64,000 nucleotides of DNA. Source: an uncultured Methanosarcinales archaeon. GTDB taxonomy: Archaea > Nanobdellota > Nanobdellia > Woesearchaeales > GW2011-AR4. The stretch spans positions 18 through 64,017 of the forward strand of contig CAZSIU010000001.1 of NCBI GenBank assembly GCA_964607225.1, in the 5' to 3' direction. Made by a program: the position numbers and the translations under genes. Below the pieces are notes generated by a model, which made no database searches, was not told where the DNA came from, and was given only the letters and a program-made list of their open reading frames with translations. This document shows, piece by piece, positions 1-9,017 of the stretch (positions are counted from its first letter, which is position 1; each line of letters starts with the position of its first letter).

Positions 1-608
1 ATTATTGCATTTGGCACAAACAAAACTTTCATTCCAAGTAACCTTATTCTTAAACCTAAGTCAAAGTCTTCAGCATAAATGAAATAATCTGGGTCAAATA
101 AATAGTCATATTGATCAACAACTTCTTTCTTGATTAAGCCAACTCCTAAGTATGGAATTTCTTTAACAGTTTTTTCATGATTTCCTTTTATATGCCCACA
201 GTAAAAAGCCCTTGAAACCCAAGTGCCATTAGACTTTAAATTTTTATTATAATAATTGACTAACTTTGGCGCAGTCATTGCAGTATTTTTGTCTGACTTA
301 ATAACTTTAAGCATACTACTAATACAATTTTTATCTATTTCAATATCATTATTCAAAAATAATATGTAGTCTCCAGTACAATACCTTAATCCAGAATTGA
401 TTCCAGAATAGCCTAAATTTCTTTTATTCGCAATAAGTTTAACATTTTTATAATTTTTTTTAATAAAATCTTGACTATTGTCATTGGAGTTATTATCAAC
501 TACAATTATTTCATAATTTTTATAAGTTGATTCTGAAATCGATTTTAACAAGGTTTTCAATAAATCTTTTCCATTATAGTTAACAATAACAATTGAGATT
601 TGCTTCAT
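1..608 (-). CDS. Glycosyltransferase family 2 (partial; C-terminus runs off the window edge)
   Basis: The reverse-strand frame starts MKQISIVIVNYNGKDLL and contains ...YAEDFDLGLRI..., which fits the GT2 fold. The frame is open to position 1. Its ATG overlaps the stop of the upstream methyltransferase (ATGA). Confidence 0.75.
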   Translation of the reverse strand, partial: MKQISIVIVNYNGKDLLKTLLKSISESTYKNYEIIVVDNNSNDNSQDFIKKNYKNVKLIANKRNLGYSGINSGLRYCTGDYILFLNNDIEIDKNCISSMLKVIKSDKNTAMTAPKLVNYYNKNLKSNGTWVSRAFYCGHIKGNHEKTVKEIPYLGVGLIKKEVVDQYDYLFDPDYFIYAEDFDLGLRIRLLGMKVLFVPNAI

Positions 609-1156
609 TTCGAATATTTAACAACTCTTAAAGTAAAGTCTATTTTTAGTATTATTTCTCCGAGCAGATAACTTACTAAATGTCTCAAATTTAAAACATT
701 TGGAAATAAAAACTTAGGCAACGGTATAGGCGGAATTATCCATCCAATCTTTGATGGGATCAACCTAACTTTCTCAAGATTAAAGCCATAGAAAGAATCG
801 TAAGCTCTGCTTTTTTCTGTAAAAAATTTCATGCTATCTATATTAAAAAAATAATTGTGATTTGGGTAGAAAGCTGCTGAAGAATGCCAGTATGGAACTA
901 TAAGTCTTACTTTTGCATTATGTTTTGATACTCTATGAATTTCTTTCATTGCTTTAAATAATTCCATTAAATGCTCTATTACATCTTGCCCGTAAATTTC
1001 ATCAAAGTAATTATTTGGAAATGGCCATGGATACTTATCCAAATCATGAGCAACATCTACACCCTTAAGCTTTATCTTATCAAGATTAACATAGCCTTTT
1101 TTAGCATCTAATCCGCAACCAAGATTCAGTTTTCTTGGCTTATTTTTTTTGGTCAT
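605..1156 (-). CDS. Class I SAM-dependent methyltransferase (type 11-like)
   Basis: It has the LNLGCGLD SAM-binding motif. It is 183 aa and is coupled by overlapping stop/start codons to the genes on either side. Confidence 0.7.
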   Translation of the reverse strand: MTKKNKPRKLNLGCGLDAKKGYVNLDKIKLKGVDVAHDLDKYPWPFPNNYFDEIYGQDVIEHLMELFKAMKEIHRVSKHNAKVRLIVPYWHSSAAFYPNHNYFFNIDSMKFFTEKSRAYDSFYGFNLEKVRLIPSKIGWIIPPIPLPKFLFPNVLNLRHLVSYLLGEIILKIDFTLRVVKYSK

Positions 1157-1872
1157 TTGATTTTATATTTCTTCCATCTTTTCGTTGAAAGGCTCATATC
1201 AACAGTAACTGGAGGACCGTCATACTCCTCTAGTGTCATTTTCCCTACCGCTTTCGAGCCTGCAAGCAAGGCCAATTCATACATGCTCATCCTCTTGTCA
1301 CCAACAATGTGTAGTATCCCTGTCTCTTTTTTATCAAAAACATCTTTGATTCCCTCAGCCACGTTGTCTGTGAAAAGGTAGGTGCCAAACCTGTCCACAA
1401 ATGCCTTTGGGTATTTCCACTGCTGTTTTGGAACAAAGTTTGTTCTTATTATGCATGTATTCTTGTATTGCCTTGCTACCAACTCTCCGCAAAGCTTTGT
1501 AAAGGAATAATAATTTTTAGGAGCGGGAATATCATCTTCCGTATAATATTTCTCATGCTCTCCTGCAAATACGCATGCAGTAGACATATAGACAAGGTAG
1601 CAATCGTTGCTCAATTTTTTTAAGGCATTTACAATATTTTGAGTTCCTTCAACATTAGTATTCCAAGCCCTTTCCCTGTCCTTCTCACAGCCCCTTATAT
1701 CAACGAATGCCGCTGCATGAAGCAATGCACCCGGCTCATAGCTTAGAATAGCCTTATTGACAGCATCAGCATCTGCCACATCCATTTCTCCATGAGTAGG
1801 AAAATATGCATCAGGAAAAACCTTTTTTAAGGACCTTCCCAATGCTCCATTCCCTCCAGTAATAAGGATTTT
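1153..1872 (-). CDS. Short NAD(P)-dependent sugar epimerase/reductase (RmlD-like extended SDR)
   Basis: MKILITGGNGALG is a Rossmann GxxGxxG motif. Downstream motifs read YSFTK...K. The first ATG of the ORF lies 6 codons upstream; the start was chosen at MKIL. Confidence 0.65.
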   Translation of the reverse strand, partial: KILITGGNGALGRSLKKVFPDAYFPTHGEMDVADADAVNKAILSYEPGALLHAAAFVDIRGCEKDRERAWNTNVEGTQNIVNALKKLSNDCYLVYMSTACVFAGEHEKYYTEDDIPAPKNYYSFTKLCGELVARQYKNTCIIRTNFVPKQQWKYPKAFVDRFGTYLFTDNVAEGIKDVFDKKETGILHIVGDKRMSMYELALLAGSKAVGKMTLEEYDGPPVTVDMSLSTKRWKKYKIK

Positions 1873-1951
1873 CATGCTATTTAGGAACATTTATACCCTA
1901 TTTAAAACTTATGAGAAAATTTATAAACCCAGCAAGAGTCTTTTGGCCTTG

Positions 1952-3220
1952 ATGACGTCAATAACAATAGTCGGATTGGGCTATGTGGGCTTGCCATTGG
2001 CATGCCTGTGTGTGGAAAAAGGCCTTGATGTGTATGGGGTTGATATAGACAAAAACAAGCTTTCATTAATAGAAAAAGGGATAAGCCCTATAGACGACCC
2101 TAATCTAAAAGATAAGGTAAAAGGGATAAAAGGAAAGCTCAAAGTCGCGGATGACTTTGGCAAAGCAATAAAAAGCTCTTCAGTCGTGATTGTTTGCGTT
2201 CCAACGCCAGTTGATAACAACCATCTTCCTGACCTAAGTCCATTAAAAAATGCGTGTGAAAGCATCTCAAAGCATCTTCAAGAAGATACCCTGGTAATAA
2301 TAGAATCTACAATCTTTCCCGGAACCACAGAAGATATCATTTTGCCAATATTAAAAAGCTCTGGCGTGAATTTTTACCTTGCTCACTGCCCCGAGAGGAT
2401 AGACCCGGGAAATAAAAGATGGAATGTTCAGAATCTTCCGAGAGTTGTTGGCGGCATTACAAAAGAAGCGGCAAAAAAGGCAACTGAGTTCTACAAAAAA
2501 ATCGTTGATGCCGAGATAACAGAACTGAGCAGCGTAAAAGCTGCAGAAGCCACGAAGATAATGGAAAACACTTTTAGGGACATAAACATTGCATTCGTGA
2601 ATGAGATGGCCATGAGCTTTGACAAAGCCGGAATAGACATATTGGAAGTGCTTAAAGGCGCATCTACCAAGCCGTTTGCCTTCATGCCCCACTATCCTGG
2701 AGCCGGGGTTGGCGGTCATTGCATAGCAATTGATCCATATTATTTAATCGCCAAGGCAAAGCAGATTGGATTTGATCATAATTTCCTGATTCTTGCAAGA
2801 AAAATCAATGAAGGCATGCCTCGGTATGCAGTTGAATTATTGGAAAAAGAATTAAAAAAACTGAATAAGAAAATTGAAAATTCAAAAATTGGAATTTTAG
2901 GGCTTGCATACAAGGCGAATGTTGATGATATAAGGGAAAGCCCTGCATTGAAAATAATAGATATTCTTAAGGAGAAAGGCGCAGAGGTTTTTGTCTTTGA
3001 CCCTCATGTGAGAAAAGGAAGTAATGTTAAGGATTTAGACGAGCTATTGCAGAAAAGCGATTATATAATCCTGGTTACAGATCATGATGAGTTTAGGAAT
3101 ATTGATGTGGAGAAATTGAAGAAAAATAACATCAAAGTTATTATTGACGGGAAGAATTGCCTAGATAAAGAGAAGATAAAAGAAATGGGAATATCGTACC
3201 ACGGAATTGGGAGGTCTTAA
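1952..3220 (+). CDS. Nucleotide-sugar 6-dehydrogenase (UDP-GlcNAc/ManNAc dehydrogenase, WbpA/WecC-like)
   Basis: ITIVGLGYVGLPLA is the N-terminal NAD fold of this family. A central GGHC catalytic Cys motif (GAGVGGHCIAIDP) is present. The start was trimmed to MTSITIV. Confidence 0.85.
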   Translation: MTSITIVGLGYVGLPLACLCVEKGLDVYGVDIDKNKLSLIEKGISPIDDPNLKDKVKGIKGKLKVADDFGKAIKSSSVVIVCVPTPVDNNHLPDLSPLKNACESISKHLQEDTLVIIESTIFPGTTEDIILPILKSSGVNFYLAHCPERIDPGNKRWNVQNLPRVVGGITKEAAKKATEFYKKIVDAEITELSSVKAAEATKIMENTFRDINIAFVNEMAMSFDKAGIDILEVLKGASTKPFAFMPHYPGAGVGGHCIAIDPYYLIAKAKQIGFDHNFLILARKINEGMPRYAVELLEKELKKLNKKIENSKIGILGLAYKANVDDIRESPALKIIDILKEKGAEVFVFDPHVRKGSNVKDLDELLQKSDYIILVTDHDEFRNIDVEKLKKNNIKVIIDGKNCLDKEKIKEMGISYHGIGRS

Positions 3221-4125
3221 CTATTCTGGTTTCTGAACCCAAGAATCTTCCTTATTCCTTCCCTTATCATGGTTTTCGGCTCCCAACCAAGGGTTTTCAT
3301 CTTTGAAATGTCTGGTATCCTATATTCAATTTCCCTTTCCTTCAGTCTCGTATCTTTTCCAAAACCTGCTTTCACTATCTCTGATTTGCTTCCAGTTGCT
3401 TCTTTTATTATGTTGGCTAGCTCTAGTATGGTGGTTGGATGGTTGTTTCCTATGTTATAAGCCTCCCCTGTTTTTCCTTTTTCAACAACCTTCATTACTG
3501 CCTCTATAATATCACCAACATAAGTAAAGCATCTGGTCTGGCTCCCATCCCCAAATATTTCTATTGGCTCATTTTTAAGAGCTTTATTTATGAAGATTGG
3601 AACAACAAATTTTGGCGATTGCCTATGCCCGTATACATTGAAAAACCTCACTATCTTTATATCGCTCCTGAACTCATGGTTGTAGGATTTTGCATATATT
3701 TCTGCTGCAAGTTTTGAGACACCATACACAGAAATAGGGCATTTTACGCTGCCCTCCCTTATGGGCAATTCGCTTGGGTTTCCATACACTTCTGAGGAAG
3801 ACGCATAAATCATGTGTTTGACTCCTGCCTCTACCGATGATTTAAAGACATTCACAGAGCCCTCAAGATTGATCCTCATCGTCTCCAAAGGCTTGTTATC
3901 AGAATTCTCTACCCCAAGGATAGCTGCAAAATGAAATACTATGCCGGAGCCCTTAATGTCTTCTGCCAGCTCATCCATAACTGATTTATTAATCCATTTA
4001 AGGTTATCATGTTTAACATCTGGCTCTGCTAAATCAAGCACTTTTACCTTATATCCTTGCTTCAGAAGATGTTCAATTAGGGGTAATCCGATAAGGCCAG
4101 AGCCTCCTGTGACGAATGCTTTCAT
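3217..4125 (-). CDS. NAD-dependent epimerase/dehydratase (UDP-hexose 4-epimerase-like)
   Basis: Motifs are MKAFVTGGSGLIG, YASSSEVYG and YGVSKLAAE (YxxxK). Confidence 0.8.
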   Translation of the reverse strand: MKAFVTGGSGLIGLPLIEHLLKQGYKVKVLDLAEPDVKHDNLKWINKSVMDELAEDIKGSGIVFHFAAILGVENSDNKPLETMRINLEGSVNVFKSSVEAGVKHMIYASSSEVYGNPSELPIREGSVKCPISVYGVSKLAAEIYAKSYNHEFRSDIKIVRFFNVYGHRQSPKFVVPIFINKALKNEPIEIFGDGSQTRCFTYVGDIIEAVMKVVEKGKTGEAYNIGNNHPTTILELANIIKEATGSKSEIVKAGFGKDTRLKEREIEYRIPDISKMKTLGWEPKTMIREGIRKILGFRNQNS

Positions 4126-4170
4126 GGGAAGAAGTTTTATCTAGGTTGTTTATAAAATTAACTGTGGGCT

Positions 4171-5277
4171 TTAGTTCTTAAAATGGTCAACCAAAACTTT
4201 GACAATCCTTTGTGCGGCTTTGCCATCCCAAAGCTCTGGAATTTTATTTCTGAAATTTACCTTATTATCTATAACTTCGAATGCCTTTTTTATCACTCTT
4301 TCTTTAGTAGTGCTGACTAAGAGGTTTGTGCCCTGCTCAACAGTAACAGGCCTTTCCGTATTATTCCGCAGGGTAATGCAAGGAACGCCTAAAACAGTTG
4401 CCTCTTCCTGTATGCCTCCAGAATCAGTCAGAACAAGCTTGCTGTTATCCATCAGACATAGAAAGTCAAGATACCCCAATGGCTCTGTCAATGTTAAGTT
4501 TTCCATACCCTTTACTTTCTCCAATAACCTGTATTTTGTTATGCTTCCATTGCTTCTTGGGTGTGTGGGGTATATAACCTTAATATGTTTCTGGATTTCA
4601 TAAATTATATCCAAAATCCTGTTAAACATCACCTCGTTATCCACATTGCTCGGCCTATGCAGTGTCAAGGCTGCATAATTTTTCTTGGTAATATTTAATT
4701 TTTTTAGTATATCCGAACTTTTAGCCTTTTCCCTGTGGCCCAATAAGGTGTCTATCATGACGTTCCCGACAAAAAATATCTTTCTTTTGTCTATGCCCTC
4801 ATTGGCAAGGTTTCTATTTGCAGCTTCTTCTGTAGTGAATAAAAAATCAGCAATCCTGTCTGTCATGACCCTGTTAATTTCTTCTGGCATACCCATATCA
4901 AAGCTCCTTAAACCAGCTTCGACATGAGCGACTTTTATCCCTAATTTCTTTGCTGTTAACGTGCAAGCCAAAGTGGAATTGACATCTCCTACTACAACAA
5001 CAAGATCAGGAATTATTTTGTGCAATATCTTCTCAAATCTTACCATTACCTCTCCTGTTTGCAGCGCATGGCTTCCAGAACCGACTTCAAGGTTTATATC
5101 GGGCTTGGGTATCTTTAAATCCCTAAAAAATAATTTTGAAAGCTGCTTGTCATAATGCTGTCCTGTATGTACAAAAATATGTTCAATCTCTTTGTATTTG
5201 CCCATCTCTTTTATTAATGGGGCTATCTTGACGAAATTTGGTCTTGTGCCTGCTACACTTACAACCTTAATTTTCAT
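4171..5277 (-). CDS. UDP-N-acetylglucosamine 2-epimerase, non-hydrolysing (WecB/WbpI family)
   Basis: MKIKVVSVAGTRPNFVKIAPL...HTGQHYD...DSGGIQEE are diagnostic motifs of this epimerase family. Confidence 0.9.
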   Translation of the reverse strand: MKIKVVSVAGTRPNFVKIAPLIKEMGKYKEIEHIFVHTGQHYDKQLSKLFFRDLKIPKPDINLEVGSGSHALQTGEVMVRFEKILHKIIPDLVVVVGDVNSTLACTLTAKKLGIKVAHVEAGLRSFDMGMPEEINRVMTDRIADFLFTTEEAANRNLANEGIDKRKIFFVGNVMIDTLLGHREKAKSSDILKKLNITKKNYAALTLHRPSNVDNEVMFNRILDIIYEIQKHIKVIYPTHPRSNGSITKYRLLEKVKGMENLTLTEPLGYLDFLCLMDNSKLVLTDSGGIQEEATVLGVPCITLRNNTERPVTVEQGTNLLVSTTKERVIKKAFEVIDNKVNFRNKIPELWDGKAAQRIVKVLVDHFKN

Positions 5278-5296
5278 AGCTCCTCGGAAACAAAAG

Positions 5297-5309
5297 GTAT
5301 ATAAATAAT
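5297..5309 (+). promoter_or_regulatory. Putative archaeal TATA box (ggtatataaata), about 20 nt before the ATG, suggesting a leaderless transcript
   Basis: An AT-rich TATA-like element sits at a fixed distance from the start codon, and there is no Shine-Dalgarno sequence. Confidence 0.35.
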
Positions 5310-5327
5310 TTCCTACTGCGAAAGATT

Positions 5328-6470
5328 ATGAAAAAACTCAAGATAGCGGCTGTTATCCCACCTCACGTTGCAACGCAGTCTTTCATAAACTTGGCAAAGG
5401 TCTACTCGCATATTGTTAAAAAATACAACGCGAAGATAACTGTGTTTATAGATAAAAAATTGAATCTTAAATTCAAGAATCTGAAAACTAAAAAAGTTTT
5501 CGGGCTTGATAATCATTTTGGTTTGTACAAAATTTTATTTTTCCTGGGACTTCCAAGATTTTATTATCCAAAGCTTGTAAAAAAGCTTAAAGGCTTTGAT
5601 GTTATCGAATCCAGTACTCCGGAATTTTACATTTACGCATTGCACTCATACCATGCCGCAAAAAAATACAATGCAAGACTGGTATTAAGAACCAGCCAGA
5701 CAATATACGATTTTTACCTGTTTCCTTACACAAAATTCATAGCGTTGTTCTTTGCCAAAAAAGCATGCAAATTCGCCGCTAGCTTGTGCTTTACAAACCC
5801 TGAATCCATGAATGCTTACTTAAAAATCGGTTTATTGCCTGAAAGTATGAGAAATTCAAAAAAAATCAAGGTCATAGGGCATGCTGTTGATACAAAAATT
5901 TTCAGACCATTGAATTTAAAGAAAGATAAAAATAAAACAATTTTACTTTCAGTAGCTGCACTTTTAAAATTAAAAGGCCATCAGAACATTATTAAGGCAG
6001 TAAAGTTTCTTATTGATAAAAATTATGAAAATATTGAATTGTGGATTGTTGGGAAAGGGGATTATGAAAGTTTTTTAAAAAATCTTGCTAAAAATCTGGA
6101 AATTTCTGAATATGTCAAATTTCTTGGTTCGTTGTCTCATGAAGAGCTTGCGAGGGTTTATAATAAAGCCCACATATTTGTATCAGGGAATACCCATGAT
6201 GTTACACCTGCTGTAAGCGAGGCAATGTTATGTAAATTGCCAGTTGTAGCGGGAAGATGCGGAGGAATAGACTTTGTAATCCCCTCAAAAAACTATGGGA
6301 TAATAACAAGATACAATGACCCAGAAGACCTTGCAATAGGCATAGAAAAACTAATGCCAGATAAAAAGCTCCAGGATAAAATAATCAAGAACGCAAGAAA
6401 ATACATTCTAGAAAATTTTTCCATAGAGAAAGTTGCAGAAAAGCTTTATGGCGCTTACACTAAAAATTAA
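5328..6470 (+). CDS. Glycosyltransferase family 4 (GT-B)
   Basis: The C-terminal region reads VSEAMLCKLPVVAGRCGGIDFVI (an E-x7-E-like motif). It is 380 aa. A TATA-like box lies 20 nt upstream. Confidence 0.8.
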   Translation: MKKLKIAAVIPPHVATQSFINLAKVYSHIVKKYNAKITVFIDKKLNLKFKNLKTKKVFGLDNHFGLYKILFFLGLPRFYYPKLVKKLKGFDVIESSTPEFYIYALHSYHAAKKYNARLVLRTSQTIYDFYLFPYTKFIALFFAKKACKFAASLCFTNPESMNAYLKIGLLPESMRNSKKIKVIGHAVDTKIFRPLNLKKDKNKTILLSVAALLKLKGHQNIIKAVKFLIDKNYENIELWIVGKGDYESFLKNLAKNLEISEYVKFLGSLSHEELARVYNKAHIFVSGNTHDVTPAVSEAMLCKLPVVAGRCGGIDFVIPSKNYGIITRYNDPEDLAIGIEKLMPDKKLQDKIIKNARKYILENFSIEKVAEKLYGAYTKN

Positions 6471-7618
6471 ACCAAATCCAGCATATTAAAATCCCTTGCC
6501 TTGTTTTTATTAAGGTGTACATTTACTGCCTGAAGAATAAACATTGTAACCCATGAATTTACATGTTTAGCATTATTATTCTCCGGGTAAAACCATGCCT
6601 TTCCTGAAATAAACCCGCCATAAGATTCCTTGCCGTTATCCACGCATTGAAAATCAAAAATTCTTTTTATTCCTAAATCAAGATTTATATTATTTATATT
6701 TTCCAAATCCTCCATTAATAAGCGCAATCTTATAACTTGAGAGGATATGTCAGGACTTTCGACATTAACAAACCTGCCATCAATGAAATATGCTGGAAAT
6801 CCCCCATTTGGCATCTGATGTCTTATTACCCAGTTTAAGCCATTAGCTGCAGATTCGATATACTTCCTTTCATTTAAGATTATTCCAGCAGAAAGTAAGC
6901 CTTCCATAGTATAGCAATGGGCATGCACAAAAGTACTCTTATCCTTATCATCCGTAACAAATCTTCCGTCATTTTCCTGAAATTTAAGCGCAAAATCGCA
7001 TATTTTTCTTGCTGCTTCCTTATACTTTTCATCTTTCAAAATATCATATAAATTTAACAAACCTATAGATACTTTTGCAAGGAAGCTTCCTGACTGCTTT
7101 GACCATTTGTTTCCATTTTCCTCGAACTCATTTCTTTCCCTAAAATGTCTTGTATAAAATGAGCCATCATCCTTCTGCATCTTATTTATCAGCCAATACG
7201 CCACTTTCTGGGAAATTTCGAGATATTTTTCGTCTTTTGTAGCCCTATAGAGATTTGCCAGTCCATTCAGGCACACCCCTGCATCGAAGGTGCAAAATCT
7301 GTCCATAAAATCATTATCATAACGGCAGAAAAAAGCCTCATTTTGAAAGTAAGCTCTGTTAAGAAGCCAGTCTCCTGCAATTCTTGCCCTATCAATAAAT
7401 AAAACATCATTATTTAATTTATTTAGGTACAATAATGTAGAAATTCCATAACCGGTAATTTCGGAATATGCGAACGAAAATTTTTTTGCGTTTGCATCAT
7501 ACCATGCATTGAAACTTCCATATACCATTGTATCTTGATCAATGTTCTGTATGCCGGAATTCAAAAGCCAGTTTTCCGACAAAGAGATTTTATTTTTTAT
7601 ATTTTTAATATCAATCAA
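6467..7618 (-). CDS. Six-hairpin (alpha/alpha)6-barrel protein of the AGE/glycoside-hydrolase-like superfamily; function unknown
   Basis: Helical-hairpin segments recur with an aromatic/Gly pattern, for example ...QENDGRF...MPNGGF.... It is co-directional with the formyltransferase and overlaps it. Confidence 0.4.
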   Translation of the reverse strand: MIDIKNIKNKISLSENWLLNSGIQNIDQDTMVYGSFNAWYDANAKKFSFAYSEITGYGISTLLYLNKLNNDVLFIDRARIAGDWLLNRAYFQNEAFFCRYDNDFMDRFCTFDAGVCLNGLANLYRATKDEKYLEISQKVAYWLINKMQKDDGSFYTRHFRERNEFEENGNKWSKQSGSFLAKVSIGLLNLYDILKDEKYKEAARKICDFALKFQENDGRFVTDDKDKSTFVHAHCYTMEGLLSAGIILNERKYIESAANGLNWVIRHQMPNGGFPAYFIDGRFVNVESPDISSQVIRLRLLMEDLENINNINLDLGIKRIFDFQCVDNGKESYGGFISGKAWFYPENNNAKHVNSWVTMFILQAVNVHLNKNKARDFNMLDLV

Positions 7619-8540
7619 ATTTCTCAGACTCCTTTAAGTTATATTTTTTTGCAAAATCATCACCTGACATCTCTATGCCATCCTCAAACTGTGCCTTCTT
7701 GATCAATAGGTTTCCCCTGCCTGTACCAACAACAATTCCTTTTCGATCCAATATTTTGGCTATAACGCCGGATTTTTCGCCGGAACCCGCGGCTATCTCA
7801 GACTCCCAGATAAATATCTTTTTATTGTTATAAAAGGTAAATGCTCCGGGATAAGGCTTTGTTATTGCCCTGATTAAATTATAAATCTCTGTATTTGATT
7901 TCTTCCAGTCAATTTTTCCATCCTCAGGCTTCCTTCTAGGAAGGTAAGTAGCTTCCTCCTTATTCTGTCTTTTTCTTGGCGCCTTGCTTTCTTTTATCAA
8001 AGGCAGATTCTTCCTTAACATCTCTACCGCCAGTGAATCGGCTTTGGCAAATAACGTCCTTATATTGTCTCTCTCATTGATGTCAAATTTGCGTTGGTCA
8101 ATTATATCTCCTTTGTCAATTTTATCTTCCAGATAAAAAAGCGTAACTCCCCATTCTTTCTCTCCTTTTATTAAAGCCCAGTTTAAAGATGCTGCCCCTT
8201 GGTTCTGGGGCAAAAAAGAGTTATGTACCCCGATGCATCCTTTGTTGGGTATCTCAAGAATTTCTTTTGGTATTATCTGCGACCATCCTGACTCAAGTAT
8301 GATATCCGGATTAAGGTTTTTAATCAATTTTATAATTTTAGAATCATTTATCTTATCTACCTTAAATAATTTAATGTTATTCTTTTGAGCTAAATCATCA
8401 AGACTCGCAAATCTAGCTTTTTTATTTGCATATTTATCCTCTAACGTGAAAATGCCAATTATCTCAAACTCATTGTTCTTTAAAATTTCATTCACAAATT
8501 TTTTTGTAGATTCAGTACATCCAATAACTGCTATTTTCAT
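7611..8540 (-). CDS. Formyltransferase (Fmt/ArnA-N-like), probably a sugar N-formyltransferase
   Basis: HNSFLPQNQGAASLNWALIKGEKEWGVTLFYLEDKIDKGDII matches the formyl_trans_N catalytic region (N, H, D). The start was trimmed to MKIAVIGC. Confidence 0.75.
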   Translation of the reverse strand: MKIAVIGCTESTKKFVNEILKNNEFEIIGIFTLEDKYANKKARFASLDDLAQKNNIKLFKVDKINDSKIIKLIKNLNPDIILESGWSQIIPKEILEIPNKGCIGVHNSFLPQNQGAASLNWALIKGEKEWGVTLFYLEDKIDKGDIIDQRKFDINERDNIRTLFAKADSLAVEMLRKNLPLIKESKAPRKRQNKEEATYLPRRKPEDGKIDWKKSNTEIYNLIRAITKPYPGAFTFYNNKKIFIWESEIAAGSGEKSGVIAKILDRKGIVVGTGRGNLLIKKAQFEDGIEMSGDDFAKKYNLKESEKFD

Positions 8541-8762
8541 ATGCATGCTAATAGGTCCTAAAAAATAAAATTTTTCGAGGATCCTGAAAATCTCCAATTT
8601 GCATGAGACCGGTGGCATGATTTCATAAGTATCACATTTAGTGGTTTTTGAGCACTACTCATTCCACCTATTAGAGATTGGTGGAATTCCGTTGTTTAAA
8701 CGAGTCAGAGAACCCAACTATATTTAAATAGTTTCCTATAGCTATAAAGTGTGGGAAAACTT

Positions 8763-9017
8763 AAGATTGCATTAGTAATTCCAACGCATTACGACTTACA
8801 TTCCTCATTAAACAACTTGCTCAAGGTGTATTGGTATCTGATAAAAAACAAGAATATAGAAGTCACAATATTCACAGATAAAAAAACAACATAAAATACC
8901 GGGATTTAAATATTGCTGTAAAAATGTCAAAAAATGGCAGGAAGCGTGTTTTGGATAATTTTTCAATAGAGAAAGCAGCGGCAAAAATTTATAAGACATT
9001 CATTAAAGAAAATTAAG
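8763..9017 (+). pseudogene. Decayed GT4 paralogue. An N-terminal fragment (KIALVIPTHYDL...TIFTDKK) ends at a stop, followed by a C-terminal fragment (...GRKRVLDNFSIEKAAAKIYKTF)
   Basis: Both fragments align to the two ends of the intact GT4 at 5328-6470, namely MKKLKIAAVIPPH...ITVFIDKK and ...NARKYILENFSIEKVAEKLYG. About 300 aa of the middle are missing. Confidence 0.6.

Noticed and set aside
1157-4144. Numerous 60-130-aa ORFs antisense to or nested in long genes (for example 1157-1381, 1981-2265, 2351-2719, 3269-3717 and 3941-4144)
   Set aside because: They overlap well-supported CDSs on the opposite strand or in other frames. They have low-complexity composition and no motifs. They are typical artefacts of an AT-rich six-frame scan. 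The same holds for similar small ORFs throughout the window.
8671-8695. Hairpin ttccacc-N11-ggtggaa upstream of the formyltransferase gene
   Set aside because: A 7-bp stem with an 11-nt loop could be a terminator or ncRNA element. It is not followed by a clear T-tract, and no gene ends next to it in the right orientation. It is noted only as a curiosity, possibly part of the decayed GT4 locus.
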